Source: Tubiluchus corallicola (lineage: Eukaryota > Animalia > Priapulida). From it: 64,000 nucleotides of DNA. The notes below the pieces were generated by a model. The model made no database searches. It was given only the letters and a program-made list of their open reading frames with translations, and had not been told where the DNA came from. Shown here in pieces: positions 27,867 to 37,229 of this stretch. The position numbers and the translations under genes are program-made. How positions within the stretch are numbered: position 1 is the first letter of the stretch; each line of letters begins with the position of its first letter. The DNA lies in NCBI GenBank assembly GCA_030141605.1, contig JAQGDQ010000869.1, positions 1-64,000 on the forward strand, read 5' to 3'.

Positions 27867-28418
27867 CTTGTTGTTATTGCTACTAGTACCATTACCATTA
27901 CCATTGTTATTATTACTACTACTGCTACTGCTACTATTACTACTACTACTACAACCACTACCGCTACCGCCGCTGCCACTGCTGTTATTATTAGTATTAC
28001 TATTATTCGTCATCATCATCACTTATTATCATCAAATGACAAACGCAATTGAATGTGTAAGATCACATTGGATTAATCTCGCATAATAATGGGAAATGGG
28101 AAACCGCTCCGGTATTTAAACAAAAGACAGCTCAAACTAATACCATCTGATGCCTAATGAAGCCATACTCAAAGTATAGTGAAGCCATACTCAAAGCATA
28201 GTGAAGCCATACTCAAAGTATAATGAAGCCATACTCAAAGCATAGTGAAGCCATACTCAAAATATAATGAAACCATACCCAAAGTATAATGAAGCCATAC
28301 TCACCACTAGCGCATTATCATCCCTTCCCATACTATTAACAATCATTTCTCGATCCCTCTTCGGTTTCCCAGGTTTTCCCATCATATCTAAACTGGAACT
28401 GGAATCCGTCGAAGCCAT
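164..28418 (-). CDS. KIF19: Kinesin-8 family motor KIF19-like, 5' part (exons 28418-28305, 22562-22482, 14740-14630, 3871-3784, 300-164; continues beyond window start)
   Basis: The spliced translation reads ...DDNALV|[27 protein letters not shown]|[37 protein letters not shown]|[30 protein letters not shown]|SGKTHTMSG...YKVTMSYLE. All introns are GT-AG with phases 0,0,0,1. The P-loop is GATGSGKT, and [17 protein letters not shown] matches vertebrate KIF19 as I recall it. Confidence 0.93.
362..1324. repeat. 29-bp minisatellite, about 33 near-identical copies
   Basis: Unit ccagactgacatatacatataaatcacaa. Confidence 0.97.
1420..1600 (+). mobile_element. Degenerate tRNA-derived SINE
   Basis: A-box-like tagtctagtgg and B-box-like agttcaaatcc at tRNA spacing. 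Confidence 0.45.
1790..2645. mobile_element. Putative non-autonomous Helentron/DINE-1-like repeat
   Basis: Recurrent motifs gagctttcattt, ccctagctcaaaaactgtgggag and tgacctttgacc resemble such elements; no termini defined. Confidence 0.35.
2903..3150. repeat. (CTGTC)n microsatellite
   Basis: Pentanucleotide run, directly visible. Confidence 0.9.
3172..3524 (-). mobile_element. Non-LTR retrotransposon 3' fragment (ORF end ...LLLFG...[10 protein letters not shown] plus 3' UTR)
   Basis: Nearly identical to 15872-16326; has a LINE-type C-terminus and 3' tail. Confidence 0.75.
3784..3871 (-). CDS. KIF19: KIF19 exon 4 (EDVY...[13 protein letters not shown])
   Basis: ttatag acceptor, gtgagt donor, 88 nt; carries the GYNxTVFAYG motif. 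Confidence 0.94.
4054..4302 (+). mobile_element. Short (~140 bp) structured retroposon with (GAT)n tail, copy 1; the tail has expanded into a microsatellite
   Basis: The same sequence occurs at 33840-33989, 35262-35411 and 58140-58293. It starts ggaagtggtgctgac and ends cccaatgtctacaa...gacg followed by (gat)n. Confidence 0.7.
5636..6258 (+). mobile_element. Kolobok/T2-like MITE (TTAA TSD), upstream of the protease gene
   Basis: Flanked by TTAA; homologous to 58632-59175, 8480-8943, 9940-10310 and the left half of 17123-17740. Confidence 0.7.
6580..7623 (+). CDS. Intronless S1A (trypsin-fold) serine protease, chymotrypsin-like pocket, with signal peptide and C-terminal hydrophobic tail; nested antisense in KIF19 intron 3
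   Basis: 347-aa ORF with a hydrophobic N-terminus and an R|IVGG activation site. Catalytic triad: TAAHC (His), DVALL (Asp), GDSGGP (Ser). The three canonical Cys pairs are present, and the C-terminus is hydrophobic ([14 protein letters not shown]). Confidence 0.95.
   Translation: MSQNLATSIILFYIVVSWFLKCPSTSKAATRLNNLAARNPRKRGAPGHLFVRNSSEPPEFLPEPRIVGGETVVNREFPYIVGLHWKQLKRLGNNVISVQGACAGILLNNKWVLTAAHCVNDTTTRSDFKIYLGSNVFEKPKAVRLVYYYKIHPDYRSIIKNRGIEYFHEADVALLRMDNKVAFDDDIQPAELPLCRSPNYMNETVVVPGWGRLRAEDKIVLYRPNLQKITTKVVDTGICADVNQTVAICSYSTGKSVCKGDSGGPLILPSTGEVIGVMSQGEFCKGAALFTKIGPVLNWIEDVQFYATATNYQYVRYNTASENGMSIIGNINKILMLVYLARLYFCA
8480..8943 (+). mobile_element. Partial copy of the same Kolobok-like MITE, downstream of the protease gene
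   Basis: Collinear with 5800-6258. Confidence 0.7.
9086..9200 (+). mobile_element. Degenerate tRNA-derived SINE head
   Basis: A box tggccgaatgg and B box gagttcgaatct. Confidence 0.45.
9616..10310 (+). repeat. Direct-repeat copy of 5341-6002 (composite of an AT-rich repeat, an inverted MITE end and a Kolobok-like MITE left half)
   Basis: Near-identical sequence, including the same composite junction cctgtttctg-TTAA-gagaagatagg. Confidence 0.8.
10729..10806 (+). ncRNA. Twister self-cleaving ribozyme (type P1) forming the 5' end of the RTE element
   Basis: The sequence is U|AA-CCUA-GC-[P3 CACUG...CAGUG]-CCGG-UCCCAAGC-CCGG-AUAAA-UAGG-GAGGG. P2 (CCUA/UAGG), P4 (CCGG/CCGG) and the loop UCCCAAGC are present, and GCCGGUCCCAAGCCCGGAUAAA is identical to the core of the rice twister as I recall it. 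Confidence 0.85.
10730..11280 (+). mobile_element. Non-autonomous, internally deleted RTE-clade (Rex3/Expander-like) non-LTR element with 16-17 bp TSD
   Basis: The TSD agtggagtagaattgt(a) sits at 10714-10729 and 11281-11296. The element has an RTE-type 5' UTR and a degenerate C-terminal ORF ([16 protein letters not shown]...[18 protein letters not shown]...RLRWYGH). Its 3' end is ggcgacccc...gggaaaagc with a (gaa)n tail. Confidence 0.88.
11410..11820. repeat. (CAA/CAG)n low-complexity repeat (similar tracts at 13050-13420, 21760-22075, 24470-24715)
   Basis: Trinucleotide tracts; these produce the poly-V/L/T/N/C ORFs in the track. Confidence 0.9.
11971..12189. mobile_element. hAT (Charlie/Buster-type) MITE
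   Basis: TIRs cagtggttcccaaa / tttgggaaccactg; perfect 8-bp TSD atctagtc. Confidence 0.9.
13615..13870. repeat. Local tandem duplication (2 x ~128 bp)
   Basis: taattacg...caataattttcaaatcattctgc...aatctaacatg occurs twice. Confidence 0.9.
14200..14510. repeat. (CT)n/(CA)n microsatellite (others at 29070-29365, 39533-39594 and (GT)n at 43965-44120)
   Basis: Dinucleotide runs, directly visible. Confidence 0.9.
14630..14740 (-). CDS. KIF19: KIF19 exon 3 (MVVLMDP...[11 protein letters not shown])
   Basis: ttttacag acceptor, gtaagc donor, 111 nt; carries the kinesin FDxxF motif. Confidence 0.94.
15872..16326 (-). mobile_element. Non-LTR retrotransposon 3' fragment (LHCPLY...LLLFG...TKRFQ*)
   Basis: Remnant of the C-terminal zinc-knuckle (HCPLY), plus a 3' UTR shared with 3172-3524. 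Confidence 0.78.
17123..17740 (+). mobile_element. Kolobok/T2-like MITE
   Basis: Ends TTAA|aggaagacgggatgatt and aatcgtccggttttcct|TTAA. Confidence 0.75.
18366..19095 (+). mobile_element. 5S rRNA-derived SINE (SINE3) with RTE-derived body; slightly 5'-truncated, with its 3' ~200 bp duplicated
   Basis: 18366-18474 is a near-complete 5S rRNA (ccgaagttaggcaacg...ttagtacttggatgg...gctgtaggctt). It is followed by a GC-rich body shared with the copy at 60851-61411. Confidence 0.88.
21090..21662. mobile_element. MITE with its left end tandemly amplified (5 x ~59 bp)
   Basis: TIRs caggggcgtagct / agctacgccattg; the left TIR recurs at 21090, 21149, 21209, 21268 and 21327. Confidence 0.72.
22482..22562 (-). 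CDS. KIF19: KIF19 exon 2 (VAVRIRP...HKVDDS)
   Basis: tttgcag acceptor, gtgagt donor, 81 nt; carries the kinesin N-terminal VxVRxRP motif. Confidence 0.93.
23255..24200. repeat. 78-79-bp minisatellite, about 12 copies, with a 4-mer higher-order period
   Basis: Unit ...gtgagtgaaactttacgatgaatcttgagtaactgactaaacac...; variants recur at 314 bp. Confidence 0.95.
25083..25340. mobile_element. hAT-like MITE
   Basis: TIRs cagggccggat / atccgggcatg; 8-bp TSD tacgtatt / tacgtatg. Confidence 0.75.
25958..26373. mobile_element. Second Kolobok-like MITE family (a related end lies at about 20400-20544)
   Basis: TIRs aggacaagaaa / tttcttgtcct followed by TTAA. Confidence 0.6.
26893..28030. repeat. (GAT)n tract at 26893-27150 and (ATT/GTT)n tract at 27665-28030
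   Basis: Trinucleotide runs, directly visible. Confidence 0.88.
28156..28303. repeat. 22-bp minisatellite abutting the KIF19 exon 1 donor
   Basis: Unit gaagccatactcaaagtataat, about 6.5 copies. Confidence 0.9.
28305..28418 (-). CDS. KIF19: KIF19 putative first coding exon ([38 protein letters not shown])
   Basis: ATG followed by 38 codons, ending at a strong phase-0 gtgagt donor. NALV|VAVR parallels QQLM|VALR of KIF19. The start codon is inferred. Confidence 0.7.
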
Positions 28419-28724
28419 TCTTACAATGCTAATTTCTCCAAACTGTTCGCCTCTGCAATTGCCTTGCTGTACCGCAATTTGCCCGACTTTGTAACATTTT
28501 AGATTCTGGTGAATGGAGATTGTTACATCCAAGCATGAATGCCACAGCAAGAGTTCATTTAAACGATTTTTCTATTCCGCAACATCAACAAATTTTCTGC
28601 TCTTTTCGATGACTTTTGCACTTCATTCCTTGCGTGTACCTTTACAGCTCAGTGGGTGGTAATATAAACAATAGTTCGAAGTTTACTGGTAGAGTTGATA
28701 CAGTCAATCACAGCGCACTGGAAG

Positions 28725-28860
28725 CTCAATCAATGACGTGCTGTTCGCGCATGCGTAATCGTTCGCCAGGTGAGATTCACTTGGCTTCACTGTGTGACTT
28801 GTACCTGCGGCCGAATTGCCTGATCTTGATGTCGTCACAATGACGTCTTTACGCTACGTT
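28725..28860. promoter_or_regulatory. Candidate KIF19 proximal promoter
   Basis: Locally CpG-enriched patch about 300-440 bp upstream of the inferred ATG, with an NRF1-like cgcgcatgcg and CRE-like tgacgt sites. Motif evidence only. Confidence 0.3.
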
Positions 28861-30659
28861 TATACGTTTTATGTGTAATGCCAAGTGCACACGGTCCTTC
28901 AAAAGTTATACATTCAAAAGAATAACATTCAAAACACTGAACTCTGTCCACATGAGCAGTCTTCACTGACAGATACTTCAGATACTTTGCACATAACTAT
29001 TTGTTGAAAGAGTGTTCTCTAGCATCTCTTCATTTTTGGAATCGTGCCAAAACTGTTTGTATGAAAACCACCTCTCTCTCTCTCTCTCTCCCTCCCTCTC
29101 TATCTCTCTCTCTCTCTTTGTCTCTCTCTCTCTCTCTCTCTGTGTCTGTCTGTCTCTCTCTCTCTCTCTGTGTCTGTCTCTCTCTCTCTGTGTCTGTCTC
29201 TCTCTCTCCCTCCCTCTCTATCTCTCTCTCTTTGTCTCTCTCTCTCAGTCTCTCTCTCTCTCTGTGTGTGTCTGTCTGTCTCTCTCTCTCTCTCTGTGTC
29301 TGTCTCTCTCTCTCCCTCCCTCTCTATCTCTCTCTCTTTGTCTCTCCCTCCCTCTCTCTCTCTCTATTACCAATTAGTGGTGATTTACAAAATTAACATG
29401 CCATTTTATGCTTCAATCATCCATTCATGAATTGAAACTTGCAGCAAATCTTTGCACAAGAATAAACATTGAACATAAAATTGTAAATGATACAGAATAA
29501 GGATGAATAAAAACAAAACAATAAACGCACAAACATGTAAAGGCTTTGGAATGACATAAATGATGAATTAAAAACTGTTCTGCCAATTCAAAAATTACAA
29601 CACTTCCTAATATCCCACACCTACTGCAGCAGTCATACCGCAATCCTGGTACAGATTATGCAAAACAAGGCATCATTGATAAATCTTTAGAGCTGATGTC
29701 AACATAGCACAATCTATTATCTTTCTTCCTACCGTTTCCCCTAACACATCCTTCTACCCTTCCTGCGTGATCTAACCTTTCTCCCTGTTCTTTTTTTCAC
29801 TCATCCATTCTTTTTTTCGGGTTCACATGACAGTGGGCTTATACAAGCCTTTGCTTCTCTAGCCCACAGCAGTACAATTATTCATTTATGATAACGATAG
29901 TCTACGAAACATAATAATTTAATACAGTATGACGTAATAATTTTGATGTCACTGTGTGCTTAATGTCATTATATTGTACTGAATGTGATAATAATAAAAC
30001 TAAAAAAAACTGCAAAATTTTGGTCCCATTTAATTTTATTAGAAATTCATATTGATGCAAATAACAATAAATAAAAATACGATAACATATTACACGATTA
30101 CAATAATTTCAAGTAATTAATTAATAAAGACTAATTATAATCTACAGTCATAAAAAGTACGAGTCGGTTCGACAAAATTCTATAAATATGTAACAAATTA
30201 CAAAATCCTATGAGCATGTTTCAAATAAACAACAAACAAATTGCTATAATTTGGATAACAATCAAAACGTTCTGTCGCTGGTTAATCTAAAATGAAATGA
30301 ATGTGTTGATGTACAATTGCATAAAATACGTGCAGGACATGGATACTTGTCTGAAATTAAGCACGCAAATGGAAACACCACGTGCCCCCCCCCCGATCTC
30401 TAGATGAAATATCAAACAGAGCATCTTTTTTACAAGCTAAAGAGGCTAAATATCTTTGTCAAGATAAAGATAAAGTTACATAAGGCGTATGGCACTTTCT
30501 AATTTCGCACGACAATTTTTACGCACTTTTTAACTGGTTCTGCATAGGACAAAACCGCAGACCTAATAAATACAAAAATTAAAGATCAACAGTAACAGAT
30601 ATCAAATTTCTGTATACAAGAAGCTTTTTCACAGTTTCATAGTGCACACGCACAGTTGC

Positions 30660-30967
30660 TGTAAGTCAAAGGTTAAGTGTACGAGAGCAACGTGTCTTAA
30701 CTACAACTACGTAACGTGTGGGTAAAGCAAAACTGTCGGCTACATCAGTTTAGTAACTTGAGTTGTTTTACGTTTACTTTACTTAACTATGCATTAGTCT
30801 GGGCATAGAGTGATTTATTAGCAGGACCTTGCTTGGCAACAGGAAAAAAATGAACTAAGTAAGGTTCTAGCTAGCTGTTAAAATTGTTGCTTTTACAATA
30901 GCATGGGCTGTGAGGTGTTGTCAAGTGTACACAAATACGTTGTCTGGTACACTTAACCTTTGACCTT
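30660..30967. mobile_element. MITE/foldback element (partial copy at 2650-2907)
   Basis: Inverted repeat gtcaaaggttaagtgtac / gtacacttaacctttgac; the interior is shared with 2650-2907. Confidence 0.65.
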
Positions 30968-31265
30968 TTCACGATCATCATCAATTGTTAGAACTGTGAA
31001 AATGTTTATTTCCATACCAATTATTCAACCCGATTTATTTTTACAAACACGGGTTCCAGACAAGCTGCCTAAATAATACTGTATGTACTGACAGACATTA
31101 AAATCCTAGGCCCGAGTACTAGAACGGAGCAAAAGAAGTAATCGTAGACAATCTACAGACGTGACGTGGTTAACAGATGACAACAGAACCATTTTTTAGA
31201 ACATCAGAATTAGGCAGCCTGGAATATCATGAACAAATTGCTTCGAACAAATTCCATCTGAACAG

Positions 31266-31615
31266 TAGGGGGCAGCACCGAAAGTTTGAATTTGATTCAA
31301 AACCAGCTTTTTAGAACCTAAAATTACGAATTCAAATAATTCCGCAATTCAACTACAAACAATCATTAAAACGCTTGAAACATCAATGCAATCGGCACGG
31401 GTTTACCTGGGATTTGTACGCAAAATGTTTAAACAATTACTGCATTTTTACTGCAGAATAAAATCTAGAAATTTGGATGATCTTAGAAAGACCTTTGCTT
31501 TTTTAATGAATTTAAAATCTTTAAAATTTAATTCCAATTTGATTCTCATTCGAAATTCGCTTTGGTTCGAGTTCCAAAGTCACAAATTCGATTCGATAAA
31601 CAATAGTCACCCCTA
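31266..31615. mobile_element. Related hAT-Ac-like MITE (diverged)
   Basis: Termini tagggg...cacccta, with ttcgaa-rich subtermini. Confidence 0.6.
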
Positions 31616-32026
31616 CTCGACTGCTAAGTATTCAAGCATGCCTAACTGTTACAGCAAACTCGCAATTAGCTGTGGATCTGTAATTGTGATTCGACACTTA
31701 AGTGACCAATGTCCTTGCTTGAAAGATCATATTAACTATTTAAGCATAACTCTAGTAACACACTTTACGCAACAAAAATTTAATACTTTTTTTAACATTA
31801 TGCATGGTACAGAGCAAGAAGTGCATCTAATTTCTTCATCTTTAACTCTTTATGCAGAAAATACCAGAACGATAATTACAAATTAAACTGATTAAATTTA
31901 AATTAAGTTCATATATTTACAGCAATTCATAACATTAAACTTTCAAGAGTATCTATAAAACATGTCTGACATTCTCCTAGACAGCAGTGTTATGATCGCT
32001 ATTTCTGTTAACGTCACTTATTAATA

Positions 32027-33288
32027 CAGTCAAACCTCTTAAATGGTCCCTCTGAAATGCCGACCTCGCTTAACACCAGGGGTAGCATCGAACGCTCGAA
32101 TCCAGTTCGCTTTGTGGTAGGGCATGCTCACCCCTAACACCAGGGCGAGCATCGAACGTTCGAATCGAGTTCGCTTTGCGGTAGGGAATGCTCACCCCTA
32201 ACACCAGGGCGAGCATCGAACGCTCGAATCGAGTTCGCTTTGCGGTAGGGCATGCTCACCCCTAACACCAGGGGGAGCATCGAACGCTCGAATCGAGTTC
32301 GCTTTGCGGTAGGGAATGCTCACCCCTAACACCAGGGGTAGCATCGAACGTTCGAATCGAGTTCGCTTTGTGGTAGGGAGTGCTCACCCCTAACACCAGG
32401 GGTAGCATCGAACGCTCGAATCCAGTTCGCTTTGCGGTAGGGCATGCTCACCCCTAACACCAGGGCGAGCATCGAACGTTCGAATCGAGTTCGCTTTGCG
32501 GTAGGGAATGCTCACCCCTAACACCAGGGCGAGCATCGAACGTTCGAATCCAGTTCGCTTTGCGGTAGGGAATGCTCACCCCTAACACCAGGGGTAGCAT
32601 CGAACGTTCGAATCGAGTTCGCTTTGCGGTAGGGAATGCTCACCCCTAACACCAGGGGTAGCATCGAACGTTCGAATCCAGTTCGCTTTGCGGTAGGGCA
32701 TGCTCACCCCTAACACCAGGGGTAGCATCGAACGTTCGAATCGAGTTCGCTTTGTGGTAGGGAGTGCTCACCCCTAACACCAGGGGTAGCATCGAACGTT
32801 CGAATCGAGTTCGCTTTGCGGTAGGGAATGCTCACCCCTAACACCAGGGGTAGCATCGAACGTTCGAATCGAGTTCGCTTTGTGGTAGGGAGTGCTCACC
32901 CCTAACACCAGGGGTAGCATCGAACGCTCGAATCCAGTTCGCTTTGTGGTAGGGAGTGCTCACCCCTAACACCAGGGGTAGCATCGAACGCTCGAATCCA
33001 GTTCGCTTTGTGGTAGGGAGTGCTCACCCCTAACACCAGGGGTAGCATCGAACGCTCGAATCCAGTTCGCTTTGCGGTAGGGAATGCTCACCCCTAACAC
33101 CAGGGGGAGCATCGAACGCTCGAATCGAGTTCGCTTTGCGGTAGGGAATGATCACCCCCTACTCAACATTCAAACTTTTGGCAAAACTAAAGTGTTTATT
33201 TGCATAGACATGTATGTATTAATGCACCGTGTTATAATGCCAAATTTTACAGGAGTCCTAAAGTAGGTGAAATAAAGAGGGATAACTG
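32027..33288. mobile_element. Tc1/pogo-type MITE hosting a satellite array
   Basis: Ends TA|cagtcaaacctctt and aagagggataactg|TA. Confidence 0.6.
32071..33162. repeat. 64-bp satellite, about 17 copies; each monomer is a mini-MITE
   Basis: Unit taacaccaggggtagcatcgaacgttcgaatcgagttcgctttgcggtagggaatgctcacccc. Confidence 0.95.
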
Positions 33289-33307
33289 TATGTTGAAGTC
33301 ACATGTA

Positions 33308-33647
33308 CAGTCGACCCTCGTTAAACCGGACCCCGTTAGCCCGGATATCGGATAAGACGGACGTCATCCGTGGTAAAGGAAACTGACCCGATTTCCGTCC
33401 GAGCCGGAGCGCTAAACACAACACGACCTACCAACTGTACAATAATTTCTTTATCCTCACAGGTTAACTATTTTCAAGTAATATACAGTATAGTATATAG
33501 TGCAATGTATATAGGCCTTATTAAGGTGATTATTCCTGTATAATATAGACCATATATAGGCACATCGGATAAATCAGACAATCGGCTAAAACGGACACCC
33601 CCCCCCCCCCCCCCCCCCAATTAGTCCGGTTTAACGAGGGTTGACTG
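33308..33647. mobile_element. Tc1/mariner-pogo (Tigger-like) MITE
   Basis: 24-bp TIR cagtcgaccctcgttaaaccggac with one mismatch; TA TSD. Confidence 0.88.
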
Positions 33648-33839
33648 TATTATGTTTAACTGTAACAACACAAAATGATGGAAACGGTGCAAGAATCGAT
33701 TCGAAATCCTCAACTTTTATCAGTATGACCGAAAAACGTCAAAACTATGTCTGATCATTGTTGAAAACTATGTTATCTCACTCTGTAATAAGAAAATCAC
33801 TTTTTCGTTCAAGAACTACTTTTCAATTCATTTTTAATA

Positions 33840-33989
33840 ATCATCACTGTCGTCATCATATGATTGTTTCCATTGTAGATAATGGGCAGGCAGAATTCTA
33901 AAATAAAGAACCCGAGACAGATAAACACAGAAGTAATCCAGCAAAAAACTAGATGCTGCAATGCCAGTGTCTTGTCAGCAGCACTTCCC
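33840..33989 (-). mobile_element. Short structured retroposon, copy 2 (diverged)
   Basis: Homologous to 4054-4190, with a degenerate (gat) tail. Confidence 0.65.
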
Positions 33990-34136
33990 AGCAAATGTCA
34001 AAAGAGGAAAGGAGGGAAATCATCTGAGTAAGACAGAGCTTCTTCAAACATGCATGTTTTTTGCAGGACAGGTCTCCTGTATACTAAAGTTTCCAGAAAA
34101 ACTCCTTAGCACTGGAAATAGCTAAAAACGTTAATA

Positions 34137-34888
34137 CAGTAGGCACAGCATAATAGACTCAGTTTGGGATGGAAATGTTTTGAACCAATTAACCCGATAA
34201 ATCTATTAATCGCCGGGTGAAGAAGTACCAGGATAGAAGTATGAGTCATCACTTCTCGGCTTCGTACGCACTGCAAAGGCCATGAGTACTTTAAATGTTA
34301 GATTATTAGGCTCATGTTGTATTACTAAAAATTAATTCAATGCTCTTAGTTGCTCGATGATATTTATGTTTGTAAAGTTACAAAGAATACTGACAGATTA
34401 CTGCCGCTGCATCGGCGGCATAACAGCAACGGTTAAGTGATTAAACCTTCTGTGAAAAACAGCAAGAGTTTCAAAAGGAAACTCCTAGGCAAACGAGTAA
34501 AAGTTTAACTTCTATAAATTCTTGTGCACGAAGTTAATTTGGGACAGACAAGAAGGTGACAGATTCAAAGAAAACAGCTGCGCCAGCACATTAGGGTGTG
34601 ATAAATGTACCTGCTTATCACGGTACTTAAAATGTTGTTTCTACACGTATTATACTGCATAAAACCAAAGTAAACATGACGTAAAAAAAGTAAAAATTCT
34701 TTGATCAAACATACAAATGTCTTACTCTAACTACCTCAAGCAAAAATATTGAGTCAATTAAGCGGAGTTATACGAGTCAACTGCCGAAAGTTTTTACATA
34801 CATTTGAATAGGAGCCCGTAACAGATGTTTCTGAGTCAATTAAGCGACTGATTCTATTAACCGCGAGTCTAATAAATGGCTGCTACTG
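34137..34888. mobile_element. Degenerate Tigger/pogo-like MITE just downstream of the BRI3 stop
   Basis: Ends TA|cagtagg and ctactg|TA, with paired subterminal caattaa/ctattaa motifs. Confidence 0.5.
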
Positions 34889-34965
34889 TAATTAAAAAAC
34901 TGATAGCGTTCATATCACTCGTACAGGTATAAGGCAAGGTATAAAATTAATGCGATGCTTTTTCA

Positions 34966-35097
34966 TCACCCGAAGACTGCGCCGCAGTTTGTACACCGTC
35001 GTTGTCTCATGGCTAAACAACACAGGATTCCTATGGGAAAGAAAAGAATGGCACAGCAAATTCCTAAGCAGGTAAAATCGTCTTCAAGGACACCAAC
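34966..35097 (-). CDS. BRI3: BRI3 last coding exon
   Basis: cttgtag acceptor; VGVLEDDF...[11 protein letters not shown] followed by TGA. Confidence 0.93.
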   Translation of the reverse strand, partial: VGVLEDDFTCLGICCAILFFPIGILCCLAMRQRRCTNCGAVFG

Positions 35098-37229
35098 CTA
35101 CAAGGGAGAAAGATCTGTGACTAACAAATACATTATGGAAAAGTAAATCAGCATCACTGAAGACATTCAAGTTATTCTGCAAGGCAATTTTTGCGATCTC
35201 TAATCATGAACATTCATGCGCATTGATTATTTATCATTTATAATTAATAATTATAATTTATTCATCATCATCATATATGTCACGTCTATTGTAGACATTG
35301 GACAGACAGAATTCTAAAATAAAAGAAATCCGCCTTAGACAGGTAAACGCAGCAGTAATCCAGCAAGAATCTCGACACTGCTACGCCAGTGGCTTGTCAG
35401 CACCACTTCCGATTGTATAATTTATAATTTAATTTATGCTTCATAAATTATTGATCTTTTGATTTAATAATAATTTATTGATTTTTTTATAATTATTTGA
35501 TTTGTTAAAATCAAAAGAAGATTAACATGGATATGACATGTGACAACCAGATTTCAACCAGCCCTACAAAGTTGACTTTCAAAGAGGCAGTGTAGAAAGG
35601 AAAGAAACCACAAGAACGACTGCTGCAAACTTACATCAGTTTAATCCAAAAACATCTTATCAACACACCATTAGACATCAAAAATACAGAGACATGGAAA
35701 GCATGATTGCAAGAGTGATGCCAGAGGACATGTGATTCTAGAAATGAATGAATGAATGGCGACGATGATGATGATGATGATTTTTTTTAAGATTTTTCGT
35801 TTATAAATTTCTTCTCAATGTTTAAAAGGGAACCAAATATACAAATTCTTGACCACGATAATATTTCAAATTCAAAAGAGGACGTGTTGGATTATAAATT
35901 AGCATGATAAGTCAGCGTACCCGACACTCGGGACAACCGCCTACATAGACGACTTGTTGGTAATTCGGTTGAATGATCACGGTGCTTCCAGGCTGTTGTG
36001 AATAGGGAATTTGCGGGAGAGCTTGGTATCCGCCCGCTGTTCCTTGTTGATAGCCTGTTAAAATTTAAAACTAGACACACTTACAATACTTACAGATATA
36101 CGATACATAATATATACATTAATACTTTAATAAGGAAGTTAAGTAATTTTTCTACTACTGTAAAATCTTTTCTCAGATTCAAAAATTACTATTCTACCTT
36201 ATGGGTAGTTGCACAGGCAGCAAGAAAGACCCTGCTAAAAATACAGTCCGTACTGTAAAAATGTACTATAATAACTAATAGAAATGTGTATCAGTTTATC
36301 GGTTTTACCTTGTGGATATCCGTAGTCAGGAAAGGCATAGGCAGGCGGCTGTTGTTGCGTGGTACCGTACGCCTGAGGGGCTCCTTGGCCTTGAAAACTC
36401 TCTCCCTCTATCTAAAACGTGAAATTTAGTACTTTGGTAAGAACTAACTATGTACGAATCATATAGGTGGATTATTCTTGCATGCAAAAATAACATGTCT
36501 TTTAAGAGTTGCTTTCCTAGATACTTATATCAAGAAGTAGTCTTCTGTATCAGTAAAAATCAGAACTTATGACATTGTTAAAAAAGAAAAATAACCTAGA
36601 GCATTCTCTACTAGAAAAAGTAATTACTGGCTAAATGCAGTTTTCGTATTTGAGGTATTGTTTGAGGCACGCGCAAGCATGAAACGCATTGATGCGCTTA
36701 CAAATTTTACTGAATTACTAATAAATTTCGTTCTAGTAAACCTTAAATTATAAACGAAGAGAGATTCTCTGCAGCTTTGAAGTTTACTTAACACGCTCAA
36801 TCGTATTATAATCAACACCTTTTATCATCGATGGAAAACTGAAAAAATTAAAGTTCAGTTAAGGAAAACGAATTTGAAACTGCCCGCAATGCAGAAAGAT
36901 CCTATTGACAAGGTGGCACAAAATCATACCTCAGGCATTCATGATTTTCCAGTATTAAACAGACAGCTGTATAAATAATATGCTAATTAATAAAACCAAT
37001 TAACAATTAATTAATAGCGCTTATAACCAATCAGGTAATCCGAATGCAAAACCAACCAAATTGAAGAAATCACGGTTTCTTAAAATTTTTAACACTAACA
37101 GCCACAGAACATCATACGATAACTTGGCATGTGGAAACTTGCTGTTGACAACACAATGTTATAAACTGGATCTACCTTTGTGGGATCATACGGAGAATAC
37201 GGAGGCGGATTTCCTTCATTCTGCGCCAT
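34966..37229 (-). CDS. BRI3: Brain protein I3 (BRI3), 140 aa; exons 37229-37176, 36411-36309, 36054-35921, 35097-34966
   Basis: The spliced translation reads [18 protein letters not shown]|IEGES...GYPQG|YQQG...[11 protein letters not shown]|[43 protein letters not shown]. The GGCPxCRVGVLED...RRCxNCGAxF pattern is the BRI3 signature. Introns are GT-AG with phases 0,1,0. The ORF track misses this gene. Confidence 0.92.
35262..35411 (-). mobile_element. Short structured retroposon, copy 3 (BRI3 intron)
   Basis: Homologous to 4054-4190, with a short (gat)n tail. Confidence 0.7.
35921..36054 (-). CDS. BRI3: BRI3 coding exon 3
   Basis: taacag acceptor, gtacgc donor; ends [11 protein letters not shown]. 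Confidence 0.9.
36309..36411 (-). CDS. BRI3: BRI3 coding exon 2
   Basis: ttttag acceptor, gtaaaa donor; P/Q/Y/G-rich with a PPAY motif. Confidence 0.82.
37176..37229 (-). CDS. BRI3: BRI3 coding exon 1
   Basis: accATGG context, PPPY motif, gtagat donor. Confidence 0.8.

Noticed and set aside
31386-31886. 166-aa ORF
   Set aside because: It overlaps a MITE and AT-rich sequence, with no recognisable protein features.
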